Notes: generated by a model from the letters alone, not told the origin. Counted from the stretch's first letter, positions 46,965 to 57,557 are shown. The stretch: 64,000 nucleotides of DNA from Thermoproteus sp. (GCA_049976425.1 JBMFIG010000002.1:57078-121077), one strand, 5' to 3'. Made by a program: numbers and translations.

Positions 46965-48952
46965 TTACCCTTATACTGCGGCTTCCTCTTCTGGAGGAAC
47001 GCGCTCACCCCCTCGTACAGATCCTCGGTGGAGAACACTACGCCGAAGTGCGCGGCCTCGAGATCCAGCGCGGCCCACAGCGGTGCCTCGTAGCCGTAGT
47101 TTATGGCGTATTTGGCCATGGCCAGCGCTATCGGCGGCTTCTCGGCGAGCTTAAGCGCGAGGGCTCTCGCCTCTTGCTCGAGCCTCTCGGGAGGCACTAC
47201 CTTGTTGACCAGCCCTATCCTCTCCGCGTCCCTCGCCGATATGTTGTCGCCGGTGAATATGATCTCCTTGGCCTTGGCCAGCCCCACCAGTCTGGTCAAC
47301 CTCTGCGTCCCGCCTCCGCCCGGGAAGAGGCCCAGGTTGACCTCGGGCTGTCCCAACACGGCTGTCTCAGACGCTATCCTCAAGTCGCAGGCCAGCGCCA
47401 GCTCTAGGCCGCCGCCGAGAGTGTAGCCGTTCAGGGCGCATATGACCGGCCTATCCAGCTTCTCTATCTTCTCCGTCAGCTCGTGTAGCCCTCTAGACAG
47501 CTTGTACGCGAGGAGCGGAGTGGTCCCCACAAAGCCGGTGATATCGGCGCCGGCCGAGAAGGCCCTGCCCACGCCGGTTATCACCACTGCGCGGACCTTC
47601 TCGAAGTCGGTCCTCGAAATCTCGTCGAGGGCCGCGGACAGCTCCTCCACCATCTTGGCATTAATTGAGTTGAGGCGCTCGGGCCTGTTCAGTATTATCC
47701 AGGCTATGGGCGGCTCGTAGCGGACTATTATGGTCTCCAGCTTCCTCTCCTCGGCCTTTACATACGTATAGAAGCCCTCCCCCGACTTCCTCCCGAGCTT
47801 CCCCGACTGGGCCATCTGGACGAGAAGCGGATCGGGGGCGAACTCCTCGAAGCCCGTCTTGCTCCTCCACGCCTCGAGCGCCTTGACCACCGCGTCTATG
47901 CCGAGCTCGTCGGCGAGCTCCAACGGGCCCTTGGGCCAGTTGAGGCCGAGCCTCACGGCCTTGTCCACGTCCTCCTTGGTCGCTATCCCCTCTCTGACCA
48001 AGTAGGCCGCCTCGTTTATGGCCGGCGCGAGTAGAGCCACGACGTCGAGCCTCTCGCCGGGCTCTTTAGGTATGTCGGGCCACTGGAACTTGCCAGGCGC
48101 CGGGTACTTGTAGAAGCCCTCCCCAGTCTTCACGCCGTATTTCTTCTGTTGGCACTTCTCTGTGATCAAGTGGCATGGATGCATCTTGAAGCCGCGCTTC
48201 GCCATGGCGTCTCCGATGAAGCAAATGACGTCTATCCCCGTGTAGTCCATGAGCAGGAAGGCGCCCATGGGGAGCCCGACGCGGTATCTTAGGGCCGAGT
48301 CCACCGCTATTATGTCCGCCTCGCCTCTGGCCACGGTCCAGCAAGCGGCGTCGTTGACCCTTGCTAGAATCCTGTTCACGATAAAGCCCGGCACGTCCTT
48401 GTTCACCACGACCGTCTGTTTGCCCAACTGGGCTGCATATTCGGCGACCTTCTTGACAGTCTCGTCGCTGGTGTACTTGCCCTTGATTATCTCGACCAGC
48501 GGCATCAGAGGAGGCGGGTTGAAGAAGTGCATGCCGACTACGAGAGGCCTCCTCTCGGGCTTGACCGCCTCGGAGATCTCGGTTATGGGGAGGCTGGATG
48601 TGTTGGTCGCCAATATGGCGTTTGGCGGGGCGCATCGGTCGGCCTCCGCGAACACCTTCTTCTTGGTCTCGATCTCCTCTATCACCGCCTCGACCATTAT
48701 CTCGGCGCCTTCGACAGCCTTACACACGTCGTTCACGATAGGCCTAATCCTGCCCAATATGGTCTGGACGTCCTCCTTTATCTGGCCCTTCTCGGCGAAT
48801 TTCTTGAGGGACCACTCGATGCTCTGTAAGGCTCTCTTGAGGAAATCCTCGGCGACGTCGACCAGGGCGACCTCGTAGCCAGCTATGGCGAAGAGCTCGG
48901 CGATTCCGTGGCCCATAGTGCCGGCCCCTATGACTGCCACCTTTTTAGCCAT
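46961..48952 (-). CDS. 3-hydroxyacyl-CoA dehydrogenase / enoyl-CoA hydratase fusion
   Basis: GAGTMG, NTSSL, HFFNP, GFIVNR; C-terminal FSAGAD, GGGLE, PE..LG..PGGGG. Confidence 0.95.
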   Translation of the reverse strand: MAKKVAVIGAGTMGHGIAELFAIAGYEVALVDVAEDFLKRALQSIEWSLKKFAEKGQIKEDVQTILGRIRPIVNDVCKAVEGAEIMVEAVIEEIETKKKVFAEADRCAPPNAILATNTSSLPITEISEAVKPERRPLVVGMHFFNPPPLMPLVEIIKGKYTSDETVKKVAEYAAQLGKQTVVVNKDVPGFIVNRILARVNDAACWTVARGEADIIAVDSALRYRVGLPMGAFLLMDYTGIDVICFIGDAMAKRGFKMHPCHLITEKCQQKKYGVKTGEGFYKYPAPGKFQWPDIPKEPGERLDVVALLAPAINEAAYLVREGIATKEDVDKAVRLGLNWPKGPLELADELGIDAVVKALEAWRSKTGFEEFAPDPLLVQMAQSGKLGRKSGEGFYTYVKAEERKLETIIVRYEPPIAWIILNRPERLNSINAKMVEELSAALDEISRTDFEKVRAVVITGVGRAFSAGADITGFVGTTPLLAYKLSRGLHELTEKIEKLDRPVICALNGYTLGGGLELALACDLRIASETAVLGQPEVNLGLFPGGGGTQRLTRLVGLAKAKEIIFTGDNISARDAERIGLVNKVVPPERLEQEARALALKLAEKPPIALAMAKYAINYGYEAPLWAALDLEAAHFGVVFSTEDLYEGVSAFLQKRKPQYKGK

Positions 48953-49021
48953 AGCTAGGGCGAGAGACGCGTTTTTAAAGAAGAGCTACGTCTATTGGCT
49001 AAATAGAAATATATAGCACTA

Positions 49022-50110
49022 CTATTTAATTCTCCTCTCCATCAACGACTCGACGAACTGCGGGGAGGCGTTTTCCAGAACCGCTACGAGGAGCCTCGCG
49101 GCATTTACCGCGTCGTCAACCCTAAGGACCTCGACGGGGGAGTGCACGTAGCGCGTGGGTATGCTTATGGCGACCGCGGGCACGCCCTCCCGCCGGAAGG
49201 CTATGGCCATGGCGTCGGTGGTGCCGCCGTAGAGGACCTCCATCTGGTGCGGTATCCCCTCCCTCCTCGCCACCTCGGCCACGAAGTCTCTGAGCCTCGG
49301 ATGCGCTATGAAGAGGCCGCCTCTCCCCCCGTCCATGACCTTTATGGCGGGGCCGCCGCCGAGCCTCACGACGTACTCCCTCTCTGATGTGCCCGGCACG
49401 TCGGCGGCTATGGTGGTGTCGAGCGCGACTGCGTAATGCGGGGCGACCCTCTCGGCAGCCACGGCGGCGCCCCTAAGCCCTACCTCCTCCTGCACGGTGG
49501 CTACGGCGTAGAGGGTCACCGGGAGCTCTCGAAGCCGTCTCAACGCCCACAACATGACAGCGAGCCCCACCCTGTCGTCGAAGGCCTTGCCGGTGACGGC
49601 GCCGTTTGCGAGCTCGGCGAACTCTCTGTCGAGGACGGCCACCGAGCCGACGCCTACGCCGAGCTTCTCCACCTCCTCCGCGCTGGAGGCGCCTATATCG
49701 ACGAATATGTCCTTCATCTCAGGCGCCTCCCTCTCCTTGCCCGGTTGCGTGATGTGGGGAGGCCTCGTCCCCACTACTCCCGGGATCTTCCTGCCGTCCC
49801 GCGTCCTCACGACGACTCTCTGCCCCACCAACGTCACCTCGTTCCAGCCCCCGATCGGCTTGACTCTCAGGAAGCCGTTCTTCTCCACGTGGTCCACCAT
49901 GAGCCCTATCTCGTCCATATGGGCGGCGACCATAGCCCTATAGTCGGACTTGCCGTGCTTGACGCCGTAGACGTTGCCCCACCTATCCACGAAGAGCTCG
50001 TCGACGTAGGGCTCCATCTCGGCGATCACTATCTCCCTAACTTCGTCCTCAAAGCCGGAGGGGCCGAAGGCCTCGGACAGACGCTTCAGCAGAGGTTTGA
50101 AGTCGTCCAT
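49022..50110 (-). CDS. M42 (TET-type) aminopeptidase
   Basis: AHMDEIG, KAFDDR, QEEVGLRG, GGTTD, RYVHSP. Confidence 0.95.
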   Translation of the reverse strand: MDDFKPLLKRLSEAFGPSGFEDEVREIVIAEMEPYVDELFVDRWGNVYGVKHGKSDYRAMVAAHMDEIGLMVDHVEKNGFLRVKPIGGWNEVTLVGQRVVVRTRDGRKIPGVVGTRPPHITQPGKEREAPEMKDIFVDIGASSAEEVEKLGVGVGSVAVLDREFAELANGAVTGKAFDDRVGLAVMLWALRRLRELPVTLYAVATVQEEVGLRGAAVAAERVAPHYAVALDTTIAADVPGTSEREYVVRLGGGPAIKVMDGGRGGLFIAHPRLRDFVAEVARREGIPHQMEVLYGGTTDAMAIAFRREGVPAVAISIPTRYVHSPVEVLRVDDAVNAARLLVAVLENASPQFVESLMERRIK

Positions 50111-50176
50111 GTAGGCCCGTAGGGCCGCCCCTATTAAATATTGGGGCCGGCCGAAAAACTCCGGCGATAAAATAGG

Positions 50177-51832
50177 CTATTGCTTGAGGAGGTCCCTATA
50201 TTTGTCCCGCAACACCTTTTTGTCTATCTTGCCGGTACCCGTCATTGGGAGGTCGGACACGACCATCACCTTGTCCGGTAGCCACCACTTCGGTATCTTG
50301 CCGGCGTCCACGAACTTCTGGAGATGCGCGATTATCTCGTCGGGATTTACGGAGGCGCCGGGCTTGGGCACGACGAAGGCCACGGGCCTCTCGCCCCACT
50401 TCTCGTGGGGTAGCCCGACCACAGCGGCTATCCCCACCGCGGGGTGCGTCATTATGAGATCCTCGAGCTGGAGCGACGATATCCACTCGCCGCCCGACTT
50501 TATGACGTCCTTGAGCCTGTCCACTATCTTTATCCTGCCGTCGGGGCACCAGACCGCCGCATCGCCCGTGTGGAACCAGCCGTTGCGCCAGGCGGTCTTG
50601 GTCTTCTCGGGATCTCCTATATATTCGGGGGTTATCCAGGGAGCCCTCAAGGCGAGCTCGCCCGCCGTCTTGCAGTCCCGCGGCACCGGCTTGTCGTTCT
50701 CGTCGACGACGGCGAACTCCGAGAGGGGGTTGGGGAGGCCGGTCATCACTATCAAGTCGTACGCCTTGTCTAGATCCTCCGGCAACTTCTCGGTGGGCTT
50801 GAAGAACCCAAGCGACACCACAGGCGCCGTCTCCGTCATGCCATAGCCCGTCCTCGGCACGAAGCCGGCGTCGGCCGCCTTCCTCGCGAGCTCCTTGGGC
50901 AACGCAGCGCCGCCGACTATGTATATCGGCGCAAGCCGCCTGATCCCCTCGACGTACTTGGGCAGATCGGGGTGGGTCACGAGCATGTAGAGTATCGTGG
51001 GGACGCCCGCCATGGCCTTGACCTCCTCCTCGACTATCAGCCTCAGTATGTGGCCGTAGTCGAACCTCCCCGGCATGACCTGCCTCCAGCCCATGAGCGC
51101 GTAGACCCACGGAAGGCCCCAGGCGTGTACGTGGAACATGGGGACCAAGTAGAGGGCGGTGCACGGCTTCCCGTCTATGTTAGCGCAGTCGTTTCTGGCG
51201 AGGCCTCTATAGCCGACGGCGGCTAGCGCCACGCTGAATGTGTGGAGCACGAGCTGTCTGTGGGTGAAGTAGGCGCCCTTCGGCCTGCCCGTGGTGCCCG
51301 ACGTGTAGAGCACCGTCGCGACTGTGTTCTCGTCCAGATCGGGAAGCTCCTTCTCCTCGCCCGACTTTATGACGTCCTCGATCTCGGGATCCTTCCCCAC
51401 GACCCCCATTCCGTCGGATATCTGGACGTAAAGCTTGACCGACTTGAGGTGGGGCCTCAGCTTGTCGACCAGCTGGGCGAAGTCTCTATGGTATATCAAG
51501 GCCTTGTCGCCGGCCTGATTTATAGTGTAGGCTATGTCCTCGGGCGCCAGGCGCACGTTGACCGTGTGGAGGGCCGCGCCTATGCCGGGCACAGCCCAGT
51601 AGAGGTCCCAGTGCCATATGGTGTTCCAGTCCAGCGTGGCGACCCGGTCGCCGGGTCCTATACCTAGCTTCCTCAAGCCGTCGGCCAGCCTCAGAATACG
51701 TCGATACTCCTCTCCATACGTCGACCTCCTATCGGCGCCGTGCGGCGGCCTGTGGACTATCTGCACATCGCCAAATACATAGTTTACATATCTCAGTAGA
51801 TTATTCAATGTTAGTTGATATTTGTAGGCCAT
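50177..51832 (-). CDS. Acyl-CoA synthetase (fatty-acid--CoA ligase)
   Basis: YTSGTTGRPKG, GYGMTE, DRLKDVIKSGGE, TGKIDK. Confidence 0.93.
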   Translation of the reverse strand: MAYKYQLTLNNLLRYVNYVFGDVQIVHRPPHGADRRSTYGEEYRRILRLADGLRKLGIGPGDRVATLDWNTIWHWDLYWAVPGIGAALHTVNVRLAPEDIAYTINQAGDKALIYHRDFAQLVDKLRPHLKSVKLYVQISDGMGVVGKDPEIEDVIKSGEEKELPDLDENTVATVLYTSGTTGRPKGAYFTHRQLVLHTFSVALAAVGYRGLARNDCANIDGKPCTALYLVPMFHVHAWGLPWVYALMGWRQVMPGRFDYGHILRLIVEEEVKAMAGVPTILYMLVTHPDLPKYVEGIRRLAPIYIVGGAALPKELARKAADAGFVPRTGYGMTETAPVVSLGFFKPTEKLPEDLDKAYDLIVMTGLPNPLSEFAVVDENDKPVPRDCKTAGELALRAPWITPEYIGDPEKTKTAWRNGWFHTGDAAVWCPDGRIKIVDRLKDVIKSGGEWISSLQLEDLIMTHPAVGIAAVVGLPHEKWGERPVAFVVPKPGASVNPDEIIAHLQKFVDAGKIPKWWLPDKVMVVSDLPMTGTGKIDKKVLRDKYRDLLKQ

Positions 51833-51859
51833 ATAATAGGGATTGTTCGTCCTTTTAAG

Positions 51860-52804
51860 CTATACGGGGTAGAGCTTGAGCGCGAGCTTCTGGAGGAAGC
51901 CGGGGACGTACCTTATCCCGCCCATGCCGACGCGGCCTGCGACGAACGGCGCGGTGGCCTCGTCCAAGAGGCGGAGGTCGTCCGCGGGCAACTGGAGCCG
52001 CAACGCGCCTGCGACGTCCTCGGCCTGTGCGGCGTTCTTCACGCCGGGTATTGGTAGGATCCCTCTGTGTCTGAGCCAGGCGAGGACCACGGCGGCGGGC
52101 GACACGCCCCTCCTCTGGGCAACCGCCTTGACGGCCTCTACGACCCTCCTCCCCGCCTCTGTGGAGGCTTTCTTGAATGCGGGATCCATGGACCTGGCTC
52201 TGTCGGGTCCCCACTTGCCCAACGCGGCGCCTTTGGCCAGAGGCGACCACGCGATGATCTTGACCCCCAGCTCCTCCGCCGTCTTCCTGAACTCCTCGGC
52301 GTCGGCCGCCCTGTTGAGGGGGTTGTACTCTATTTGGTCCGACACTATCTCGTGGCGTTTCAAACATTCGGAGGCCCGGCGGAGTAGCCGCGCGTCGAAG
52401 TTGCTCACGCCGATCTCCGCCGTCAGCCCCGCCTCCTTCAGCCGCTCCAGCTCTCTCAAGACCCTACATAGAGGCGCATATACGGGCGGGGGCCAGTGGA
52501 GCTGGAGGAGATCTATACGGCCGAGACGCGCCAGGCTGGCCTTGGCCGACTTCTCGACGCGCCCCCAGTGGAAGCCCGCAACCTTGGTGGCCACCACGAC
52601 GTCGTAGCCCCGTACGGCCTCGCCCACGAACCTCTCGGACTCGCCCCATCCATATATCTCGGCCGTGTCGACGAAGTTTATGCCTAGCTCGAAGGCCCTC
52701 CTATAGGCCTTGAGGAGCTCCGCCTTGTCTACCGTCCAGGCCCTGCCCCCGGCCTGCCAGGCGCCTATGCCTACATCGCTGACCTTGAGGCTCCCGAGCT
52801 CCAT
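51860..52804 (-). CDS. Aldo/keto reductase
   Basis: DTAEIYG, ATK, LHWP, IGVSNF, WSPL, PIPG; true start is ATG overlapping upstream TGA. Confidence 0.92.
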   Translation of the reverse strand: MELGSLKVSDVGIGAWQAGGRAWTVDKAELLKAYRRAFELGINFVDTAEIYGWGESERFVGEAVRGYDVVVATKVAGFHWGRVEKSAKASLARLGRIDLLQLHWPPPVYAPLCRVLRELERLKEAGLTAEIGVSNFDARLLRRASECLKRHEIVSDQIEYNPLNRAADAEEFRKTAEELGVKIIAWSPLAKGAALGKWGPDRARSMDPAFKKASTEAGRRVVEAVKAVAQRRGVSPAAVVLAWLRHRGILPIPGVKNAAQAEDVAGALRLQLPADDLRLLDEATAPFVAGRVGMGGIRYVPGFLQKLALKLYPV

Positions 52805-54540
52805 CAGCTCCTCCTCGCGGCTTCCTCCCTCAACGCCCTCTTCAATATTTTGCCTACGGCCGTCTTGGGCAGATCGTCTCTGAACTCGACGAGCCTCGGA
52901 CGCTTGTAGGGGGCGAGCCTCTCGGAGGCCCAGCCGATTATGTCTCCGGCCGATACCTTGCCCTTGCACTCGTCCTTCAACACTATATAGGCCTTGGGTA
53001 TCTCCCCAGCGTCGGGATCCGGCACGCCTATGACCGCCGCCTCCTTGACGCATGGATGCTGGTACAGCACCTCCTCGATCTCGCGGCTGAAGACGCTGTA
53101 GCCCTTGTACTTTATCATATCCTTCTTCCTGTCCACTATGTAGAAGTAGCCCTCCTCGTCCATATAGGCTATGTCGCCGGTCCTGAACCATCTGAGGCCG
53201 CAACACTCGAAGAAGGCCTCGGCGTTTTCCTCGGGCTTGTTGTGGTAGCCCTTCATGACCTGGGGGCCCGATATGACCAGCTCGCCGGTCTGTCCCGGCG
53301 GCAGGAGCTCCGGCTTGTCGAGGTCGGCCACTGCGGCGTACGTGCTCGGTATGGGCAGGCCTATGGAGCCGGGCTTGTGCCTCCCGTTGAGCAACGGGTT
53401 TAGGTGGGTCACCACCGCGGTCTCGGTCATGCCGTAGCCCTCCCTCAGGGGGGCGCCGGTCAGCTCCTCGAACTTCTTGGCGACCTCGACCGGGAGGGGC
53501 GCCGAGCCGGATATACAGAAGGCGAGGCTCCGCAGATCGTAGCGCTGCGCGTCTGGGCTGTGGATCATGACGTTGTATATAGTGGGTACCCCGTGGAAGA
53601 CCGAGGCCCTGTACTTGGCTATGTCCGAGAGCACGCGCCTCATGTCGAACCGCGGGTAGACCAACACAGTATGGCCTTCGAAGATGGCGTAGTGCATGAC
53701 GGTCACCTGGCCGTATATATGGTACCACGGAAGCACCCCCACCAACACCATGGGCTTGTCGGGCGGCATGCCCTTGGCCCTCCTGACCACGTCGTAGAAG
53801 GGCTTCAGCTGTTGTAGGTTGGCCGATATGTTTGCGTGGGTTATCTCGGCCCCTTTGGGGACGCCGGTGGTCCCGCCGGTGTACATCAGCGCCGCCAGAT
53901 CCTCCTCGGGCCTTATCGGCGCCCTGCCGGTCTCCCTCTCGTATCCCAACAGATCCGTGTACCTCTGGAAGACGCCGCCGTACCTCACCTTGGGCGGCCT
54001 TATCTGTCTCCTGGCCAGCGGCTTGAGCCACTTAGGCATGTACTCAGTCATCTCGACCACGTAGACCTTCTCGAACTTGTACTCCTCGAAGGCCTTGACG
54101 GCCTTATCGTAGAGCACGTCGGCGGTGAAGAGGACCCTTGCCGAGGAGTCCCTGGCCTGTCTGACGACCTCGCCGGGCGTGTAGAGCGGGTTCATGGGCG
54201 TCACGACGGCCCCGATCTTGAGCGCCGCGTAGAACGCCACGGCGTAGGCGGGGTGGTTCGGCATGTATATCGCCACGACGTCGCCCTTGGAGACGCCGGC
54301 CTCCCTAAGTGCTTTGGCGACCCTATCGCTGTGGTCCGCCAAGACTCCGTACTTCACCTTCCCCCCAAAATAGATATAGGCGGGCCTATCGCCGTAGGCG
54401 GCCGATCGATCTAGGTAGACATATAGAGGCTCCGGCTTTATCTCGACGTCCGGAGGGACGCCCTCGTCGTAGTTCTTAACCCAAGGCCGCGTCTTTATAT
54501 ATTTTTCGAAGACTTCCTTGGAATTCACTTGTCTATACAC
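52804..54540 (-). CDS. Long-chain fatty-acid--CoA ligase (FadD-like)
   Basis: YTGGTTGVPKG, EGYGMTE, GPQVMKGY, VGKILKR. Confidence 0.94.
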   Translation of the reverse strand: MYRQVNSKEVFEKYIKTRPWVKNYDEGVPPDVEIKPEPLYVYLDRSAAYGDRPAYIYFGGKVKYGVLADHSDRVAKALREAGVSKGDVVAIYMPNHPAYAVAFYAALKIGAVVTPMNPLYTPGEVVRQARDSSARVLFTADVLYDKAVKAFEEYKFEKVYVVEMTEYMPKWLKPLARRQIRPPKVRYGGVFQRYTDLLGYERETGRAPIRPEEDLAALMYTGGTTGVPKGAEITHANISANLQQLKPFYDVVRRAKGMPPDKPMVLVGVLPWYHIYGQVTVMHYAIFEGHTVLVYPRFDMRRVLSDIAKYRASVFHGVPTIYNVMIHSPDAQRYDLRSLAFCISGSAPLPVEVAKKFEELTGAPLREGYGMTETAVVTHLNPLLNGRHKPGSIGLPIPSTYAAVADLDKPELLPPGQTGELVISGPQVMKGYHNKPEENAEAFFECCGLRWFRTGDIAYMDEEGYFYIVDRKKDMIKYKGYSVFSREIEEVLYQHPCVKEAAVIGVPDPDAGEIPKAYIVLKDECKGKVSAGDIIGWASERLAPYKRPRLVEFRDDLPKTAVGKILKRALREEAARRS

Positions 54541-54546
54541 GTAAAA

Positions 54547-54594
54547 TGTTTTAAAAATTGAGTTAGCCCCACGACGAAATCAATATTTAAAACA
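54547..54594. promoter_or_regulatory. Mirror-image divergent promoter / inverted repeat
   Basis: TGTTTTAAAAATTGA-N18-TCAATATTTAAAACA (14/15 complementary) between divergent CoA ligase and ACAD. Confidence 0.65.
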
Positions 54595-54613
54595 GCCCTC
54601 GACGGAGGGCGTA

Positions 54614-55846
54614 ATGGTATTCCCGCTGGACTCCATAACCGACTACTCGGTAGTGCTGACGCCGGAACACGAGATGTTCAGGAAAGCCGTTAGGGAGTTC
54701 GTCGAGAGGGAGATAGCCCCGCGCGCCATGGAGATAGAGGAGAGGAATGAGCCGCCGCTGGACATAATTAAAAAAATAGCTGAGCAGGGCTTCTACGGCA
54801 TAGGGATACCCGAGAAATACGGCGGGCAGGGCGGGGACCACAGAATGGCCGCGATAATGAGCGAGGAGTTCTGCAGAGTCTTGCCGGGCCTCAGCGTGTA
54901 CTTCGGCACCAACGAGCTTTTCCTAACCCCCATACTGCTCTTCGGGACTGAGGAGCAGAGGCAGAAGTACATCCCGCCGATAGCGAGGGGCGAGAAGCTG
55001 GGCGCCTTCGCCGTCACGGAGCCCTGTTGCGGTTCCGACGTGGCGGGTATACAGACCAGGGCGGAGAAGAAAGGCGATAGGTGGATCATAAACGGAAGGA
55101 AGGCCTTCATCAGCAGCTCGGACGTGGCCGACTACTTCGTGGTGCTCGCCAGGACCTACCCGCCGCCCGACAAGAGGACGCGATACCTCGGCCTTACCTT
55201 CTTCATAGTGGAGAAGGGGACGCCCGGGTTCAAGGTGGAGCAGTGCTACCACAAGATGGGCCTACACGGCGACAACGCGTGCGAGCTCGTCTTCGAGAAC
55301 GTGGAGGTCCCCGACGAGAATAGGGTGGGCGAGGAGGGGATGGGCTTCATATACGCCATGGAGACCTTCGACAGGACGAGGATAGGCGTGGCGGCCCAGG
55401 CGGTGGGCATGGCCCAAGGGGCCTTCGAGAAGGCGTTCCAGTACGTCCACCAGAGGCAAGCCTTCGGGGTCCCCGTGGCGTACTTCCAAGCCATTCAATT
55501 CAGCCTAATGGACATGGCGGCCAAGCTGATGTCGGCGAGGTTGTTGACCTATCTGGCGGCTAAGCTGGCCGACGAGGGCAGGAAGGAGTTCACCTTCGTC
55601 GCGTCGCTGGCCAAGTTCTACGCCACCGAGGCGGCGGAGGAGATAATATCGGAAGCCATAAACCTACACGGCGGCGTGGGCGTAATCGTGGAGACCGGCA
55701 TAGAGAGGTTCCTCCGCGACGTCAAGATAACCCAGATCTACGAAGGCGCCAACAACATACAGCGCCTGACCGCGTACCGCCAGCTGATCCGCCTCCTGAG
55801 GGAGAAGGGCCAGATCCCCGAGGATGTGGCGAAGCTCGTCACATGA
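54614..55846 (+). CDS. Acyl-CoA dehydrogenase
   Basis: TEP..GSD, NGRKAFI, RQAFG, HGG.G, IYEGANNIQ. Confidence 0.95.
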   Translation: MVFPLDSITDYSVVLTPEHEMFRKAVREFVEREIAPRAMEIEERNEPPLDIIKKIAEQGFYGIGIPEKYGGQGGDHRMAAIMSEEFCRVLPGLSVYFGTNELFLTPILLFGTEEQRQKYIPPIARGEKLGAFAVTEPCCGSDVAGIQTRAEKKGDRWIINGRKAFISSSDVADYFVVLARTYPPPDKRTRYLGLTFFIVEKGTPGFKVEQCYHKMGLHGDNACELVFENVEVPDENRVGEEGMGFIYAMETFDRTRIGVAAQAVGMAQGAFEKAFQYVHQRQAFGVPVAYFQAIQFSLMDMAAKLMSARLLTYLAAKLADEGRKEFTFVASLAKFYATEAAEEIISEAINLHGGVGVIVETGIERFLRDVKITQIYEGANNIQRLTAYRQLIRLLREKGQIPEDVAKLVT

Positions 55847-57015
55847 GGAGGGTCGCCGTAGTGGGGGTAGGGATCTCGAAGTTCGGCTATAGGCCCGACG
55901 TATCTCTCCCCGAGCTGGCCTGGGAGGCCGTCAAGGAGGCGTTGGACGACGCGAGGCTGGACGCCAAGGACATAGAGGCCTACGTCGTCGGGAACGTCGG
56001 CGGCTGGTCCAGCGAGCCCCTCCCCGCCGTCGTGGTCGGCGAGTACTGCGGGCTCGCCCCAAGTAGCGGGATAAGGGTGGAGGCGGCCTGCGCCAGCGGG
56101 TCCTCCGCGGTCAGGACCGCCTACCACATGGTGGCCAGCGGCGAGGCCGACATCGTCATGGCGATGGGCGTCGAGAAGATGAACGAGTCGCCCACGCCCA
56201 CAGTCGTCGAGTTCATAGGGAGGGCCGGCAACTACTTCTGGGAGTTCGAGAACTTCGGCTTGACGTTCCCCGGCTACTACGCTCTACATGCCACAGCCTA
56301 CATGAACAAGTACGGCGCCACCGAGGCCGACCTCTGCGAGGTAGCCGTCAAGAACCACTACTACGGCAGTCTCAACCCCAAGGCGCAGTTCCAGAAGCCC
56401 ATAACGCTAGAGGAATGCCTCAAGTCGAGGTACGTGGCCTGGCCTCTGAAGCTCTACGACTCGTCTCCTATAACCGACGGCTCGGCCGCCGTCATACTGG
56501 CGAGCGAGGAGGTCGCCAAGAAGATAACGGACACCCCGGTCTGGATAAAGGCCATAGGCGCCGCGAACGGCACGAGCAACCTCAGCAAGAGGGAAGACTT
56601 CACAGGCCTGGAGGCGGCGCGGCTCGCGGCGCAGAGGGCCTACAGGAAGGCCGGCATAGACCCCAACGAGCCCGTCAAGTACCTCGACGTGGCCGAGGTC
56701 CACGACTGCTTCACCATAGCGGAGATCATGGCCTACGAGGATCTGGGCTTCGCGAAGAGGGGCGAGGGGTACAAGCTGGCGAGGGAGAAGCAGACCTATA
56801 TAGGCGGCGTGATCCCGGTGAACTTGAGCGGCGGCCTTAAGGCCAAGGGCCATCCCATAGGCGCAACCGGAGTTGCCATGATAGCAGAGCTCACGAGGCA
56901 GTTGAGGCAGGAGGTGGAGAGGGACAGACAGGCGCCGATAAGGAAGGGCATGGCTCTGGCCCACAACGTCGGCGGGACCGGGCACTACGCGTTCGTGACC
57001 ATACTGTCGCTATGA
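55843..57015 (+). CDS. SCP2-type thiolase domain protein
   Basis: EAACASG, EVHDCF, GHPIGATG, HNVGG. Confidence 0.92.
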   Translation: MRRVAVVGVGISKFGYRPDVSLPELAWEAVKEALDDARLDAKDIEAYVVGNVGGWSSEPLPAVVVGEYCGLAPSSGIRVEAACASGSSAVRTAYHMVASGEADIVMAMGVEKMNESPTPTVVEFIGRAGNYFWEFENFGLTFPGYYALHATAYMNKYGATEADLCEVAVKNHYYGSLNPKAQFQKPITLEECLKSRYVAWPLKLYDSSPITDGSAAVILASEEVAKKITDTPVWIKAIGAANGTSNLSKREDFTGLEAARLAAQRAYRKAGIDPNEPVKYLDVAEVHDCFTIAEIMAYEDLGFAKRGEGYKLAREKQTYIGGVIPVNLSGGLKAKGHPIGATGVAMIAELTRQLRQEVERDRQAPIRKGMALAHNVGGTGHYAFVTILSL

Positions 57016-57557
57016 GCACCGTCATAGAGAAGCTCAGGGAATACCTCGACAAGGCCGAGGCCGAGCAGATAAGGCAGCTGGACCAGCTAGTCGCCGCGAC
57101 GGGGCTCCCCGTGTATAAGGACCCCAAGACCGGCGCGCTGGTCTGGGTAGACGTGAGGGAGCTCAGGCTGAGGTTCCAGCTCTCCGTCAACAAGATAGCC
57201 AAATTCGTCGAGGGGCTCTCCCAGGAGCGGCTGTACTACACAGTATGCAAGAGGTGCGGGGCCAAGTACTTCCCGCCGCAGGCCGACTGCCCGAGGTGCA
57301 AGGCGTCGGACATGGAGTGGAGGGAGGTCTCGCGGGAGGGGGAGCTGGTCACGTGGACCGTGATAAACGTGAAGCCCGCCAGCTTTGCCCACAACAAGGA
57401 CTACGTGGTCGGTATAGTGAGGATGCCCGACGGCTTCAACATAACCGCGTGGGTCGACGCAGATCCCTCGGCGCTTAGGCCCGGCATGAGGCTGAGGCTG
57501 GTCGTCGGGAGGAGGCCCGGCGAGAACTACATAACCTATTGGTTCAAGCCCGCCTAA
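57012..57557 (+). CDS. DUF35 Zn-ribbon/OB-fold thiolase partner
   Basis: CKRCG..YFPP...CPRC followed by OB-fold; ATGA coupled to thiolase. Confidence 0.9.
   Translation: MSTVIEKLREYLDKAEAEQIRQLDQLVAATGLPVYKDPKTGALVWVDVRELRLRFQLSVNKIAKFVEGLSQERLYYTVCKRCGAKYFPPQADCPRCKASDMEWREVSREGELVTWTVINVKPASFAHNKDYVVGIVRMPDGFNITAWVDADPSALRPGMRLRLVVGRRPGENYITYWFKPA

Noticed and set aside
52805-54031. N-terminal ~409 aa of the 723-aa ORF 51860..54031
   Set aside because: Alternative-frame shadow of the CoA ligase; the real AKR starts at 52804 with a TGATG overlap
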